In this document: positions 17,601-26,029 of the stretch, piece by piece | How positions within the stretch are numbered: position 1 is the stretch's first letter | Layout: every line of letters begins with the position of its first letter | Virus record (IMG/VR): IMGVR_UViG_3300042808_000009 | Location: 1-37,672 of that record | Strand: one strand, 5' to 3' | DNA: 37,672 bases | Origin: a virus | Taxonomy: Duplodnaviria; Caudoviricetes | The notes under the pieces: model-generated | What the model was told of the DNA's origin: nothing | What the model saw: only the letters and a program-made list of their open reading frames with translations | Databases searched by the model: none | Position numbers and translations under genes: made by a program

Positions 17601-17732
17601 ATGCAGGACATAAACAAAAAAATGGAAGAATTACTGAACAGCCAAGAAGCACTTATCTGTAAGATGAGGATTGCTTTAAGAGAATCTGAAAAGACATTAC
17701 GAGAATCACAGAAACAAGGAGGAATATTATGA
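17601..17732 (+). CDS. Small coiled-coil protein (43 aa)
   Basis: Hand translation MQDINKKMEELLNSQEALICK... Confidence 0.6.
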   Translation: MQDINKKMEELLNSQEALICKMRIALRESEKTLRESQKQGGIL

Positions 17733-17872
17733 CCTATCAAGAGCCTCTAATCACCCGCATAAACCGTCTTATGCAGGAACTTGAGGAAAGTATCGACAGA
17801 GTACAGGAAATCAGCGTAGAGCTAGAAAATATAGTCAATGAAGAGAGGTTAGAACAGAATGACTGGAAGTAA
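17729..17872 (+). CDS. Small acidic coiled-coil protein (47 aa)
   Basis: AAGGAGG SD, ATGA overlap. Confidence 0.65.
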   Translation: MTYQEPLITRINRLMQELEESIDRVQEISVELENIVNEERLEQNDWK

Positions 17873-18005
17873 AGTCGAAAAAGCTCTAAAGCTCATCAAG
17901 TTTTTAGAGGAAAAGGAGAAGTCAAAATCAGACTCAGATTACTGGGACAACCTTATCTGGAACGATGACGACCCCGAGCGACAGAGGAACTACGACTATG
18001 ATTAA
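17859..18005 (+). CDS. Small protein with acidic C-terminus (48 aa)
   Basis: GAGGT upstream; overlaps the previous gene. Confidence 0.6.
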   Translation: MTGSKVEKALKLIKFLEEKEKSKSDSDYWDNLIWNDDDPERQRNYDYD

Positions 18006-18126
18006 GAAAGGAGAACAGTCACTATTATCAGACTTCGATGGACAACAATCAAAGCTTTCATATTTCTTTCCGAAAGAAGTAAATGCTCTTGAGCAAGAGC
18101 TATCAAAAAAGCACTGCAAAAAGTAG
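17998..18126 (+). CDS. Small hypothetical protein (42 aa)
   Basis: Overlapping start; followed by a hairpin at about 18145-18173. Confidence 0.5.
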   Translation: MIKKGEQSLLSDFDGQQSKLSYFFPKEVNALEQELSKKHCKK

Positions 18127-18276
18127 TGCTTGTTTTTATAAAAAACTCTCCACCGTTTTGGATATAGGAGAGTGAAAGTTTTTCTTTAATGATTGTATAC
18201 AATAAGAATAATTATCCTTCACTAATATAGACGGTTTATTATGATATTTGTTACAGGAATTTAATATTTTTACTAC

Positions 18277-18304
18277 TTGCAATTAAAAATATATGTGATA
18301 TAAT
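18277..18304 (+). promoter_or_regulatory. sigma70 promoter
   Basis: TTGCAA-16-TATAAT with TG extension. Confidence 0.7.
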
Positions 18305-18327
18305 ATGAATATAATATAAAAACAAAA

Positions 18328-18555
18328 ATGGATAAAAAAGAAGTAATGGACAGTTGGAAGCCAATAGAATTTAAGCCTATACATATTGATAAGGCTGAAA
18401 ATAATGACAAGGCGACAAGAAAGAGAAACTACAGAGGAGCTTTCAAGAATATGTTTATGGGTAAAAGCGGAGAGGTCGAATTAGAAATCATAAGACCAGG
18501 AGATATGAATTTAGAAAAATGTTCAGGAGGAAAGAAGAAGCCTCCAAAGAAATAA
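18328..18555 (+). CDS. Hypothetical basic protein
   Basis: ORF track; follows the promoter. Confidence 0.7.
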   Translation: MDKKEVMDSWKPIEFKPIHIDKAENNDKATRKRNYRGAFKNMFMGKSGEVELEIIRPGDMNLEKCSGGKKKPPKK

Positions 18556-18560
18556 TAAGA

Positions 18561-18657
18561 CTTGGAGTGGTGAAATTCATTAAAGACACACAAAGCTAGA
18601 GGGTATAGGCTATTGACCATACCGTATAGGGGTGGAAGTCCCCTATCTCCAAGCCCA
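18561..18657 (+). tRNA. tRNA-like element B (encoded CCA, no recognisable anticodon arm)
   Basis: CTTGGAG/CTCCAAG-C-CCA; D arm GTG..CAC; ATAGGGG-TGGAAGT-CCCCTAT T-like arm. Confidence 0.55.
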
Positions 18658-18663
18658 ATATAG

Positions 18664-18738
18664 GGAGATATAGTTTATGGAAAACATTCCTCTGGTAACC
18701 CCAGTAGAAAGAGACAGGTTCGATTCCTGTCGTCTCCA
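18664..18738 (+). tRNA. tRNA-like element C (23-nt anticodon arm)
   Basis: GGAGATA/CGTCTCC-A; GTTT-ATGGA-AAAC; ACAGG-TTCGATT-CCTGT. Confidence 0.65.
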
Positions 18739-18761
18739 ATAATAAATAAAATAAAAATATC

Positions 18762-19073
18762 ATGAGCAACGAAACACAAGAACAAAACGAAGAAGTAGTA
18801 GGAGGATTCGACATAAAAAATGAATGTCAAACAATAGAACAGGAAGAGAGAGAGGTAAGTTATGGAGAGAAAGCAGTAGGATTAAAATTTAATCCTGGAA
18901 AAAATGAACAGGTTAATGTGTGCAAACAAATTTTTGCAGGAGCAATCGACCAGATGGATATGTTAAGAAGGAATAGTGAAGCTCCAGAGGTGAAAAGACT
19001 TGCCTCAGTAGCAATAACTGAGATGCAGACAGCTCAGATGTGGGCAGTAAAAGCATTAACCTGGAAAGACTAA
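18762..19073 (+). CDS. Acb2/Tad1-like helical-hairpin protein; putative immune-signal sponge
   Basis: VGLKFNP...CKQ.FA..ID...KRLASVAITEMQTAQMWAVKALTW resembles the Acb2/Tad1 hairpin signature. Confidence 0.6.
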   Translation: MSNETQEQNEEVVGGFDIKNECQTIEQEEREVSYGEKAVGLKFNPGKNEQVNVCKQIFAGAIDQMDMLRRNSEAPEVKRLASVAITEMQTAQMWAVKALTWKD

Positions 19074-19121
19074 TTATTTCCTGTCCTCCTATCTTATGAT
19101 GGGAGTGAGGAGCTAATTACT

Positions 19122-19206
19122 CCCCGAGTAGTTAAGTAAATGCCACGCCACAGTAATCTTCTGATGACATGGTGAGGAGATGGAGGTTCAAATCCTCCCT
19201 CGGAGT
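19122..19206 (+). tRNA. tRNA-like element D (weak D arm, enlarged anticodon arm)
   Basis: CCCCGAG/CTCGGAG; TA at positions 8-9; GGAGG-TTCAAAT-CCTCC. Confidence 0.55.
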
Positions 19207-19208
19207 AT

Positions 19209-19302
19209 TCCACTCTAGTTTAATAGGAAAACCTCTTCGCTAGTGCGACTTAAATGTCGCCAATGCAATAGAGTAATGAAGGTGCAAATCCTTCGAGTGG
19301 AA
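19209..19302 (+). tRNA. tRNA-like element E (about 41-nt anticodon arm)
   Basis: TCCACTC/GAGTGGA-A; GTTT-AATAGGA-AAAC; CTCT...GCGAC-TTAAAT-GTCGC...AGAG; GAAGG-TGCAAAT-CCTTC. Confidence 0.65.
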
Positions 19303-19306
19303 CAAT

Positions 19307-19462
19307 ATGACAATAATAATAAGCGTAGACAATAAGAACGGAGGATTATACATTACTAGGAAAAAGTATAGGATAACTATTTGTATTTTCTTCCTAGCGG
19401 TAATAATATATTTCGGTAATTTCGAAAAGGATTTTAAGGAATCATTAAAAAAAGTAATATAA
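19307..19462 (+). CDS. Small hypothetical protein with a hydrophobic segment (51 aa)
   Basis: Hand translation; ends 4 nt before the next ATG. Confidence 0.55.
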   Translation: MTIIISVDNKNGGLYITRKKYRITICIFFLAVIIYFGNFEKDFKESLKKVI

Positions 19463-19466
19463 AATT

Positions 19467-19715
19467 ATGATAGAAAAAATAGAAAGGGGTTGTTTGTGCT
19501 TTGAAATAGTAGATAAAGTAAACGAATTAACAGATACTGTTAACAAATTAGAAAATACGAAAAGTTTAATAGAGTCATTCTTAAATGAAGTAAGTGTAGG
19601 TGATTCAATTACTATTGGAGATAGAACTTTCAAATTTGTATCAGACCCAATAAACCCAGACGAGATTGCAATTTCACCAACAGACTCTATTCCTTTTCCA
19701 AAATTTAAAGATTAA
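19467..19715 (+). CDS. Hypothetical protein
   Basis: ORF track. Confidence 0.7.
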   Translation: MIEKIERGCLCFEIVDKVNELTDTVNKLENTKSLIESFLNEVSVGDSITIGDRTFKFVSDPINPDEIAISPTDSIPFPKFKD

Positions 19716-19925
19716 AATAAAAAATATACATACCTAATTGATGAACAGTAATTATAGTTTCCTTTTCAGTTCTCCCATTACGGGAGGATTGCTAGGAGAT
19801 AATAATCGAAGGTATTGTCTCTATTTCATCTAGTTTCTAGAGGACAAAAAAACAATTGTCGAGATTGTTTTCCTCTATAAGATACTCACCGAGTGTTTTA
19901 TAAAGGTAAATAATAAAAAAGGTTT

Positions 19926-20174
19926 ATGAAGATATTAGTATTAACATCAGACGAAGAAGAGTTCAATCGGTTCATGCGGATAAACATCAAGAAGATAACT
20001 AAAGACTATGAGCCAGTACAAGTGAAGTCTTTAGAAGAATTAGAATCGCAAAAAAACTCAAAGTATATTATAATAAAAGACAGGAACTATACATTTACTC
20101 ATAGAGGATATTGGTTCAATCGGATAGTAGAAAAAAATAGATTAAAGATGTATTGTAAGTTCTATGATAAATAA
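19926..20174 (+). CDS. Hypothetical protein
   Basis: ORF track; AAAGG upstream. Confidence 0.7.
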   Translation: MKILVLTSDEEEFNRFMRINIKKITKDYEPVQVKSLEELESQKNSKYIIIKDRNYTFTHRGYWFNRIVEKNRLKMYCKFYDK

Positions 20175-20179
20175 AAAAT

Positions 20180-20806
20180 ATGGAAAACAAAAAGGAACAT
20201 AAAATAAAGACCATCAATGAAATATTCGAGGTAGTAAACGAAGAGAATGTAGATTGCTTCTTAGAAGACTTCTCTAATTTCGTAAGGATTAGGCTTGAAA
20301 CTAAGACTATGTGCGAAATGTTATTTGTACCAGATTATATAGAGCGGAATGTAAAATTCGAAAATTCATTTAATTGGATAGATGATAGAAAGAACGACAT
20401 CAATATAAATGTCAATCTCATAAAGGGAGAGAGCGAAGCGGAGGAAGAGATTAAACTTAATCCTAAAGAGGTAGATGAGGTAGCTTTTGGATGTTCATTA
20501 GAAGAAAAGAAAACAGAAGAACTCCCAAGGTTTAAATATATAATAACATGCTTTAGCTATAAAGACCTAGGAATAGCCATTGATGGACTGAAGAAGCTAG
20601 GATATACATTTCCATACGAAGGGATGGAAGAAGATATAATAATGTCATATCTAGAAGAAAAGAATATGGCGATAAGAATGGTTACTGCACTTAATGGACA
20701 TATTGTCTATGGTAAACCTAAAGAGACATGGGTTCGAAGGGATATTAAGTGGATAACAGCAAATGATTTTCTAAGATACCTAAGAATAAAAAATATAATC
20801 GGTTAA
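20180..20806 (+). CDS. Hypothetical protein
   Basis: ORF track. Confidence 0.75.
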   Translation: MENKKEHKIKTINEIFEVVNEENVDCFLEDFSNFVRIRLETKTMCEMLFVPDYIERNVKFENSFNWIDDRKNDININVNLIKGESEAEEEIKLNPKEVDEVAFGCSLEEKKTEELPRFKYIITCFSYKDLGIAIDGLKKLGYTFPYEGMEEDIIMSYLEEKNMAIRMVTALNGHIVYGKPKETWVRRDIKWITANDFLRYLRIKNIIG

Positions 20807-20822
20807 TCGGTTAACAAACCTT

Positions 20823-21338
20823 ATGCCAGGAAATAGTGCAAGAGAAAACGGAAAACTAGGGGGAAGACCTAAAGGAACTAAGTCAAAGGCTACCCTAGAG
20901 AAAGAAGCAGTATTAAAAGCCTTCCGAGAGAGGGCTATGAGTGTAGCTGACCAATTGCTAGATTCTCAATTGATTCTAGCTAGAGGGCAGACATTTCTTT
21001 ATAAGATTACCAAGGAGCTAGTAATAGATAAGAAAGGAAAGAAGACTTACAGGAATAGAAAGCCGAAGCTAGTTATAGACCAAGCGGAGATAGAGAAGTA
21101 TTTAGAAGGTCTTATAGATGAAGGAGACAAAAATAATCCTAAAGACCCGAAAGACGCTTACTACTTCATCACCACTAAAGAGCCGAACAACTCAGCTATT
21201 GATTCTATCCTAGATAGGACATTCGGAAAGGCAGTAAGTAGGACAGAGCTAACTGGTAAGGATGGATTGCCACTTATACCAGATGCGGAGACTAAGAAGA
21301 AAAGTGATAAAGCCATAGATGAATACCTCGAAAATTAA
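20823..21338 (+). CDS. terS: Terminase small subunit
   Basis: ENGKLGGRPKG N-terminus, LDRTFGKA..ELTGKDG C-terminus; precedes TerL. Confidence 0.75.
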   Translation: MPGNSARENGKLGGRPKGTKSKATLEKEAVLKAFRERAMSVADQLLDSQLILARGQTFLYKITKELVIDKKGKKTYRNRKPKLVIDQAEIEKYLEGLIDEGDKNNPKDPKDAYYFITTKEPNNSAIDSILDRTFGKAVSRTELTGKDGLPLIPDAETKKKSDKAIDEYLEN

Positions 21339-22878
21339 AGAAATATTGAACAATGGAACTCCAGTAGAGCTAAAGGCACTATTCTCTTTCGATTCTACAA
21401 CTCTAGACAAGAAGGTAATCCTGAAATTCAATATCTGGGCTAGAAAGTTCTTCGTGGGATATTTCACTAGCAAAGATGCAGACTTTCACAATACCAAGAT
21501 AGACTATTACAATCTTCAAGCTTACAGAGGAAATATACTTACCTTTACTGACATAGCTTTCAGAGGAGCTGCAAAGACATCCAGGACTAAATTATTCCTG
21601 GCTTTTTGCATTGCTAATGACAATGACCATTTCAGGAAGTATATCAAGATTCTATCAGAGGATGATACTAACTCTACGCAGATAGTAACTGATGTCTATA
21701 ATATGCTTATCAATCCTTCTATTTCTATAATCTATCCAGAGATATTCGCAGAGACCAATTACAAGAGAGAAGAGAAAAGGGATTCATTCACTACTGCGAC
21801 AGGAATAAAGATGCTAGCCGATACAGTAGGAACTTCTGGTAGAGGAGCTTTGCAAGAGTTCTCAAGACCAGACTTGATTCTATTCGAGGATTTCGAAAAT
21901 AGGATTACACTTAGGTCTGGAAAGATAACTCAGAGGATATGGGATAACATGGAAGAAGCAAGGACATCTCTCGCAAAGGGAGGTTCTTGTATTTATAATT
22001 GTAACTACATATCAGAGCTAGGAAATGTCCATAAGCTAGTCCAGAACAAAAGTCTAATGAACATAGTAGAGATTATACCGATAATTGATGACAAGGGAGT
22101 TATAACATGGGAGAGATATTCGAAAGAAGACATTGAAGAGATGAGAAAGAGAGATGACGATTTCGAAGGTGAAAGATTATGTAAGCCTTCCGCTAGCAAA
22201 GATATATTCTTCGATAGAGAGATGCTTGATAAGATGCCTATAAGACAGCCAATAAGAGATATCGCAGGATTCAAGATATTCAGAGAGTATGACCCGAGCC
22301 ATAGATACGGTAGCGGACACGATGTAGCGGGCGGAGTAGGGCTTGATAGTTCTACATCAGTATTTATAGACTTTTCTACTATCCCCGCTCAAGTAGTAGG
22401 AACATTCGCAAGCAACACTGTTTTACCTGAGGCTTTTGGTAATGAGGTATATTCAGAGGGAAATAGATTTGGAGGATGTCTTCAGGCTATAGAAAACAAT
22501 AAGTTTGAGCAAACGATACTAAGAGCTAAGCAGCTAGGCTCTAAGCTATTTAAGATGAAGGATAAGAACGATTACGGATACAATACCAACAGCCTATCTA
22601 AGCCAACGATGCTACTAAGTCTAAAAAAGGGTGTCTCAGACGGTTTGCTAGAGCTGAATGATGAAGAACTCATCAATGAGCTTAAAAGCTACTCTAGGAA
22701 CGATTTAATAGAAAGAGAGCAGGCTGTAAACATCACTACTAGGCACTTTGATAAACTAATGGCACTTGCAATCGCATGGCAGATGAAAGATTATGCTCAG
22801 GTATCAGACAAGAACGATGATGACGATGACGACTTCGACTATCAAGACAAGTCTCTATATCCTGGAGTAGGAATATAA
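21319..22878 (+). CDS. terL: Terminase large subunit
   Basis: Walker A FRGAAKTS, Walker B LILFEDFE, RNase H-like GHDVAGG..DSS and HFDKLMALAIA. Confidence 0.9.
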   Translation: MNTSKIKEILNNGTPVELKALFSFDSTTLDKKVILKFNIWARKFFVGYFTSKDADFHNTKIDYYNLQAYRGNILTFTDIAFRGAAKTSRTKLFLAFCIANDNDHFRKYIKILSEDDTNSTQIVTDVYNMLINPSISIIYPEIFAETNYKREEKRDSFTTATGIKMLADTVGTSGRGALQEFSRPDLILFEDFENRITLRSGKITQRIWDNMEEARTSLAKGGSCIYNCNYISELGNVHKLVQNKSLMNIVEIIPIIDDKGVITWERYSKEDIEEMRKRDDDFEGERLCKPSASKDIFFDREMLDKMPIRQPIRDIAGFKIFREYDPSHRYGSGHDVAGGVGLDSSTSVFIDFSTIPAQVVGTFASNTVLPEAFGNEVYSEGNRFGGCLQAIENNKFEQTILRAKQLGSKLFKMKDKNDYGYNTNSLSKPTMLLSLKKGVSDGLLELNDEELINELKSYSRNDLIEREQAVNITTRHFDKLMALAIAWQMKDYAQVSDKNDDDDDDFDYQDKSLYPGVGI

Positions 22879-22880
22879 TC

Positions 22881-22908
22881 TTGTATATTTATATGAAAGT
22901 AGTATAAT
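22881..22908 (+). promoter_or_regulatory. sigma70 promoter for the portal operon
   Basis: TTGTAT-16-TATAAT. Confidence 0.6.
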
Positions 22909-22939
22909 TAAAGCATAATTAAGCCTAAAACATAAAAAT

Positions 22940-23167
22940 ATGGCAAAAAAAGACACAAAAACATCAGAAAAAGATGTAAAACCAACTGGAAGTGATAAAA
23001 ATACTTCAAAAGGAGCAGCAAACAAAGATTTTCCTATTCCAATCTATGATGTATACGGAAATCTAATCAGAGAGTATTCAAAGGAAGTTCATGGAGAAAA
23101 ATACAAGGACTTAGCTGAACAGTTCTGTAAGAAAGGATATCTATTAGAAAAACCTAAGAAAAAATAA
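22940..23167 (+). CDS. Small basic hypothetical protein
   Basis: ORF track. Confidence 0.75.
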   Translation: MAKKDTKTSEKDVKPTGSDKNTSKGAANKDFPIPIYDVYGNLIREYSKEVHGEKYKDLAEQFCKKGYLLEKPKKK

Positions 23168-23188
23168 TACAGACCGCTCCAATGTATT

Positions 23189-25093
23189 ATGAAAACAGAA
23201 GACATAGAAAAAATATTCGTTCAGTGTAAAGCGGAGATTGACCATGAAAGGAATCTGAAGAAGAAAAGGATTGATGAGGTAGCTCTTAACGAGGACATAA
23301 TAAACTCTGTCAAACCATCTTCCACAGACAGCAGAGCAAACTTCTCTCTAGGTAGAGGAGACGAGTTCTTAGAGACTTACCTATCAAAAATAATAAGTCC
23401 TCTTACATTCAAATTCACGAAGAAGAAGGATTCTCAAATGCAAGAAGTAATCCTGATGAACGCATTGAAAGATACTGATAAAACAAAAGGACAATGGGAC
23501 AGGAAGGATAGGTTCTCGAAAGTTCAAGCAATTACTTACGGTAGAGCAATACAGTTCTATTGTGCAACTACAGCCAATGGAAAGTATAAGTCAATCTTAG
23601 AGAACATAGATTTCTATGATTTCCTAATTGATTCTGACGCAGGCGGAGAAGATATAGAGAAGGCTTACTACATGGGAAATTACAATGTGGTTATTCCTAG
23701 AAAAGACCTGATAGAGGGAGCTAAAAAAGGAATATACCTAAAAGAACCAGTAGCTAGACTTCTAGAAGGTACTAACAACCAGACATTGACCATAGAAGAG
23801 CAGTATAAGATGAGAAGAGATACCGACCTAGGAAAGATAGTAAAACTTCCCACAAAAGAAAAGTACAAGTTTTGGAGATGGTTTACTACTTACGAAGGGG
23901 AAAGGTATTACTGTATTCTTGACAATGACGGAACTGGTATTAGATGTGAACTTATGAAAGAAGCCTTTTCTGGAACTGAAGATTGTCCTCAAGGGTGTTA
24001 CCCATACACCACATGGGCTACCAGAGATGATATGACAGTGTTTTGGTCAAAAAGTCCTATTGATGCAATTAGGGAATTAATTTACGGAGAAAATATCAGC
24101 ATCAATCAGATGATGGATAACTCCGAGCAAGTTAATAATCCTCAGAAAGCTGTTCAGGTAGAAAATATTAAGAATATGGCTGAGCTGAAGTACAATAGGA
24201 AGAATCTTCATATATTGGTCAAGGGAGATGTAGATATCAATAAGGCTTATAAGCCTATGGTAACACCTCCTATTGATACTCCTATCAAGGTCTATGATAT
24301 TTTAGAATCAATCCTTCAAAAAGCATCTGGGGTAACCGATGCAACCGCAGGGGTAGCAGATGAAGACGGAAAGGTAGGAATATACGAAGGAAATGTTCAG
24401 GCTATAGCAGACAGATTCAGGCTAATAAGAGACAGGTATAGAGATTCTTACCAAAGGCTCGGGATGCTCTATCAGCTGGGAGTAAAAACAAATCTTAGTA
24501 CTAAGCAAGCTGTAGAGATAATCGGAGAAGATGGTGTAGAGGTTAAAAAGATATCTAGGAGAGACCTTTTCAAGAAAGGTGATGATTTCCTCATAAAAGT
24601 AGAATCAGCCGACTCAGAAGCTACTAAGGGGGCTATAGAGCAAAGAACTAAGATTCAGTTCTTAGAAAGAAATATTCTAAATGCAGTCCAGAATCAAAAG
24701 AAGGCTTATGAACTTGGAGCAAGAGCTGCTGGATTCACTGAAGACGAAACTAAGTCATTATTAGATACAAGTGAGTACGGAGATGCAAAGCTTATGTCTG
24801 AATGTTCAAGAGACATTGAAGATATCATAGGCGGTAAAGAAGTAAAGCCTAATAGGAGAGCTAACAATGCCTACAAGAAGAAGATAGTAGACTACATGGA
24901 AGACCAGGCAGAAAAAATAGACTCCAACCAATTCAAAATGCTTCAGGATTATGTGTTAAAGATAACTCCTATAGTTACTAAGAATGAAGCCAAGGACTTG
25001 ATGATAAAACAGCAAGCATTACCACCTGTTCAGGGAGGAGTACAAGCAGGAGTGTCGAACCCTGTTCCTCAAGAAGAGCAACAATTAACTTAA
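23189..25093 (+). CDS. Portal protein
   Basis: 634 aa after TerL; FW..SP...IRE.....N...NQ.MDN....NNP and SGVT...G motifs of P22-like portals. Confidence 0.8.
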   Translation: MKTEDIEKIFVQCKAEIDHERNLKKKRIDEVALNEDIINSVKPSSTDSRANFSLGRGDEFLETYLSKIISPLTFKFTKKKDSQMQEVILMNALKDTDKTKGQWDRKDRFSKVQAITYGRAIQFYCATTANGKYKSILENIDFYDFLIDSDAGGEDIEKAYYMGNYNVVIPRKDLIEGAKKGIYLKEPVARLLEGTNNQTLTIEEQYKMRRDTDLGKIVKLPTKEKYKFWRWFTTYEGERYYCILDNDGTGIRCELMKEAFSGTEDCPQGCYPYTTWATRDDMTVFWSKSPIDAIRELIYGENISINQMMDNSEQVNNPQKAVQVENIKNMAELKYNRKNLHILVKGDVDINKAYKPMVTPPIDTPIKVYDILESILQKASGVTDATAGVADEDGKVGIYEGNVQAIADRFRLIRDRYRDSYQRLGMLYQLGVKTNLSTKQAVEIIGEDGVEVKKISRRDLFKKGDDFLIKVESADSEATKGAIEQRTKIQFLERNILNAVQNQKKAYELGARAAGFTEDETKSLLDTSEYGDAKLMSECSRDIEDIIGGKEVKPNRRANNAYKKKIVDYMEDQAEKIDSNQFKMLQDYVLKITPIVTKNEAKDLMIKQQALPPVQGGVQAGVSNPVPQEEQQLT

Positions 25094-25099
25094 AAAAAG

Positions 25100-25504
25100 A
25101 TGCCAGAAGTAGAAGAACAAAGAGAAGAAGAAGTAGGAAAGCTTAGTTACGAAATTTTCGAAGAGAATAAAGATGCTCCAGAAAATACTCTTATAAAAGT
25201 AAGTGGATTCGTAAGGATATTCAAATTTTCTGAGATACTAAGCGACTTAGAGTATTACAAGAAAAAGAAGATAGAGACCGAGAGCAATATCGGAATACTA
25301 AAGTCTCAGCAAGATATCATCGTGTCTTCTAATAAGGAGCTAAAAGATATGAGCGTAGAGACACTGAGAGCTGCTAGTGCATGCTACGAAAAGATAGTAG
25401 TTCAATCTCAGCTGAATAAAGAACTTGGTGAGCTTAACGATGAGATTACTTACCTTACTAGACTAGCTGACGAAATAAAGGAGAATACAAAGCTAAAGAT
25501 ATAA
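25100..25504 (+). CDS. Hypothetical coiled-coil protein
   Basis: ORF track. Confidence 0.75.
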   Translation: MPEVEEQREEEVGKLSYEIFEENKDAPENTLIKVSGFVRIFKFSEILSDLEYYKKKKIETESNIGILKSQQDIIVSSNKELKDMSVETLRAASACYEKIVVQSQLNKELGELNDEITYLTRLADEIKENTKLKI

Positions 25505-25508
25505 TCTT

Positions 25509-25811
25509 ATGGAAAAAGACAAAGAGAAAATTGAAAGCATGAAGAAAGACTGGGGTCAATATACAGAGATTGTTAAAGTAGCTGAAAGCAAAGGAGGAAA
25601 GAAAATAATTTCTCTTATAAAGCAAGACGCATGTTCTTCAATTGTTTCTTTAGGAAACTATAAGGATATGAGTAGGGATGAGCTTGTATCGGTTATAGCA
25701 AGAATGAACGAGAGGATTGAATTGCTAAGATTATTCAAGAACTCAAAAACAAATAAAGAGGTAATAGAAGAAATTTTAGAATCAATTGATTCTGAAGAAG
25801 AGAAAGAATAG
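25509..25811 (+). CDS. Hypothetical protein (post-portal small protein)
   Basis: ORF track; position typical of podovirus head modules. Confidence 0.75.
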   Translation: MEKDKEKIESMKKDWGQYTEIVKVAESKGGKKIISLIKQDACSSIVSLGNYKDMSRDELVSVIARMNERIELLRLFKNSKTNKEVIEEILESIDSEEEKE

Positions 25812-25814
25812 CCC

Positions 25815-25894
25815 ATAGTGGGTTATTCCCCATCATTGACTGGTATTTAACTTAGCGGTCTGGTATCTTTTGATGGTGGGGAATAGCCTATTAT
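25815..25894 (+). ncRNA. 25-bp RNA hairpin with 30-nt loop
   Basis: ATAGTGGGTTATTCCCCATCATTGA / TTGATGGTGGGGAATAGCCTATTAT pair fully when G-U is allowed. Confidence 0.65.
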
Positions 25895-25897
25895 AAT

Positions 25898-25925
25898 TTG
25901 ACAAGTATTTTAGTAGGTATATAAT
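25898..25925 (+). promoter_or_regulatory. sigma70 promoter for the scaffold/capsid operon
   Basis: TTGACA-16-TATAAT. Confidence 0.75.
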
Positions 25926-26029
25926 ATAAGTAACAACCGCTGGTGGAATCCAGTTTTCAAGTGCGAGCGACTTGTCCGAAAGGAGAATAATGCTCCGAAG
26001 TGCCATACTGCGTTAATAAGGTCTCATCT

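Noticed and set aside
18686-18710. Canonical tRNA-Thr(GGT) from CT-GGT-AA
   Set aside because: The 3' strand does not pair in register (7 extra nt); at most a hint of ancestry
19231-19273. Group I or archaeal BHB intron in element E
   Set aside because: Far too short for group I; no clear bulge-helix-bulge, and I could not restore a canonical loop by excision
26000-26029. GTG start of the scaffold gene (also extended starts at 2990, 10762, 11091, 11272, 12102, 16015)
   Set aside because: Downstream ATGs fit gene packing or leader structure better
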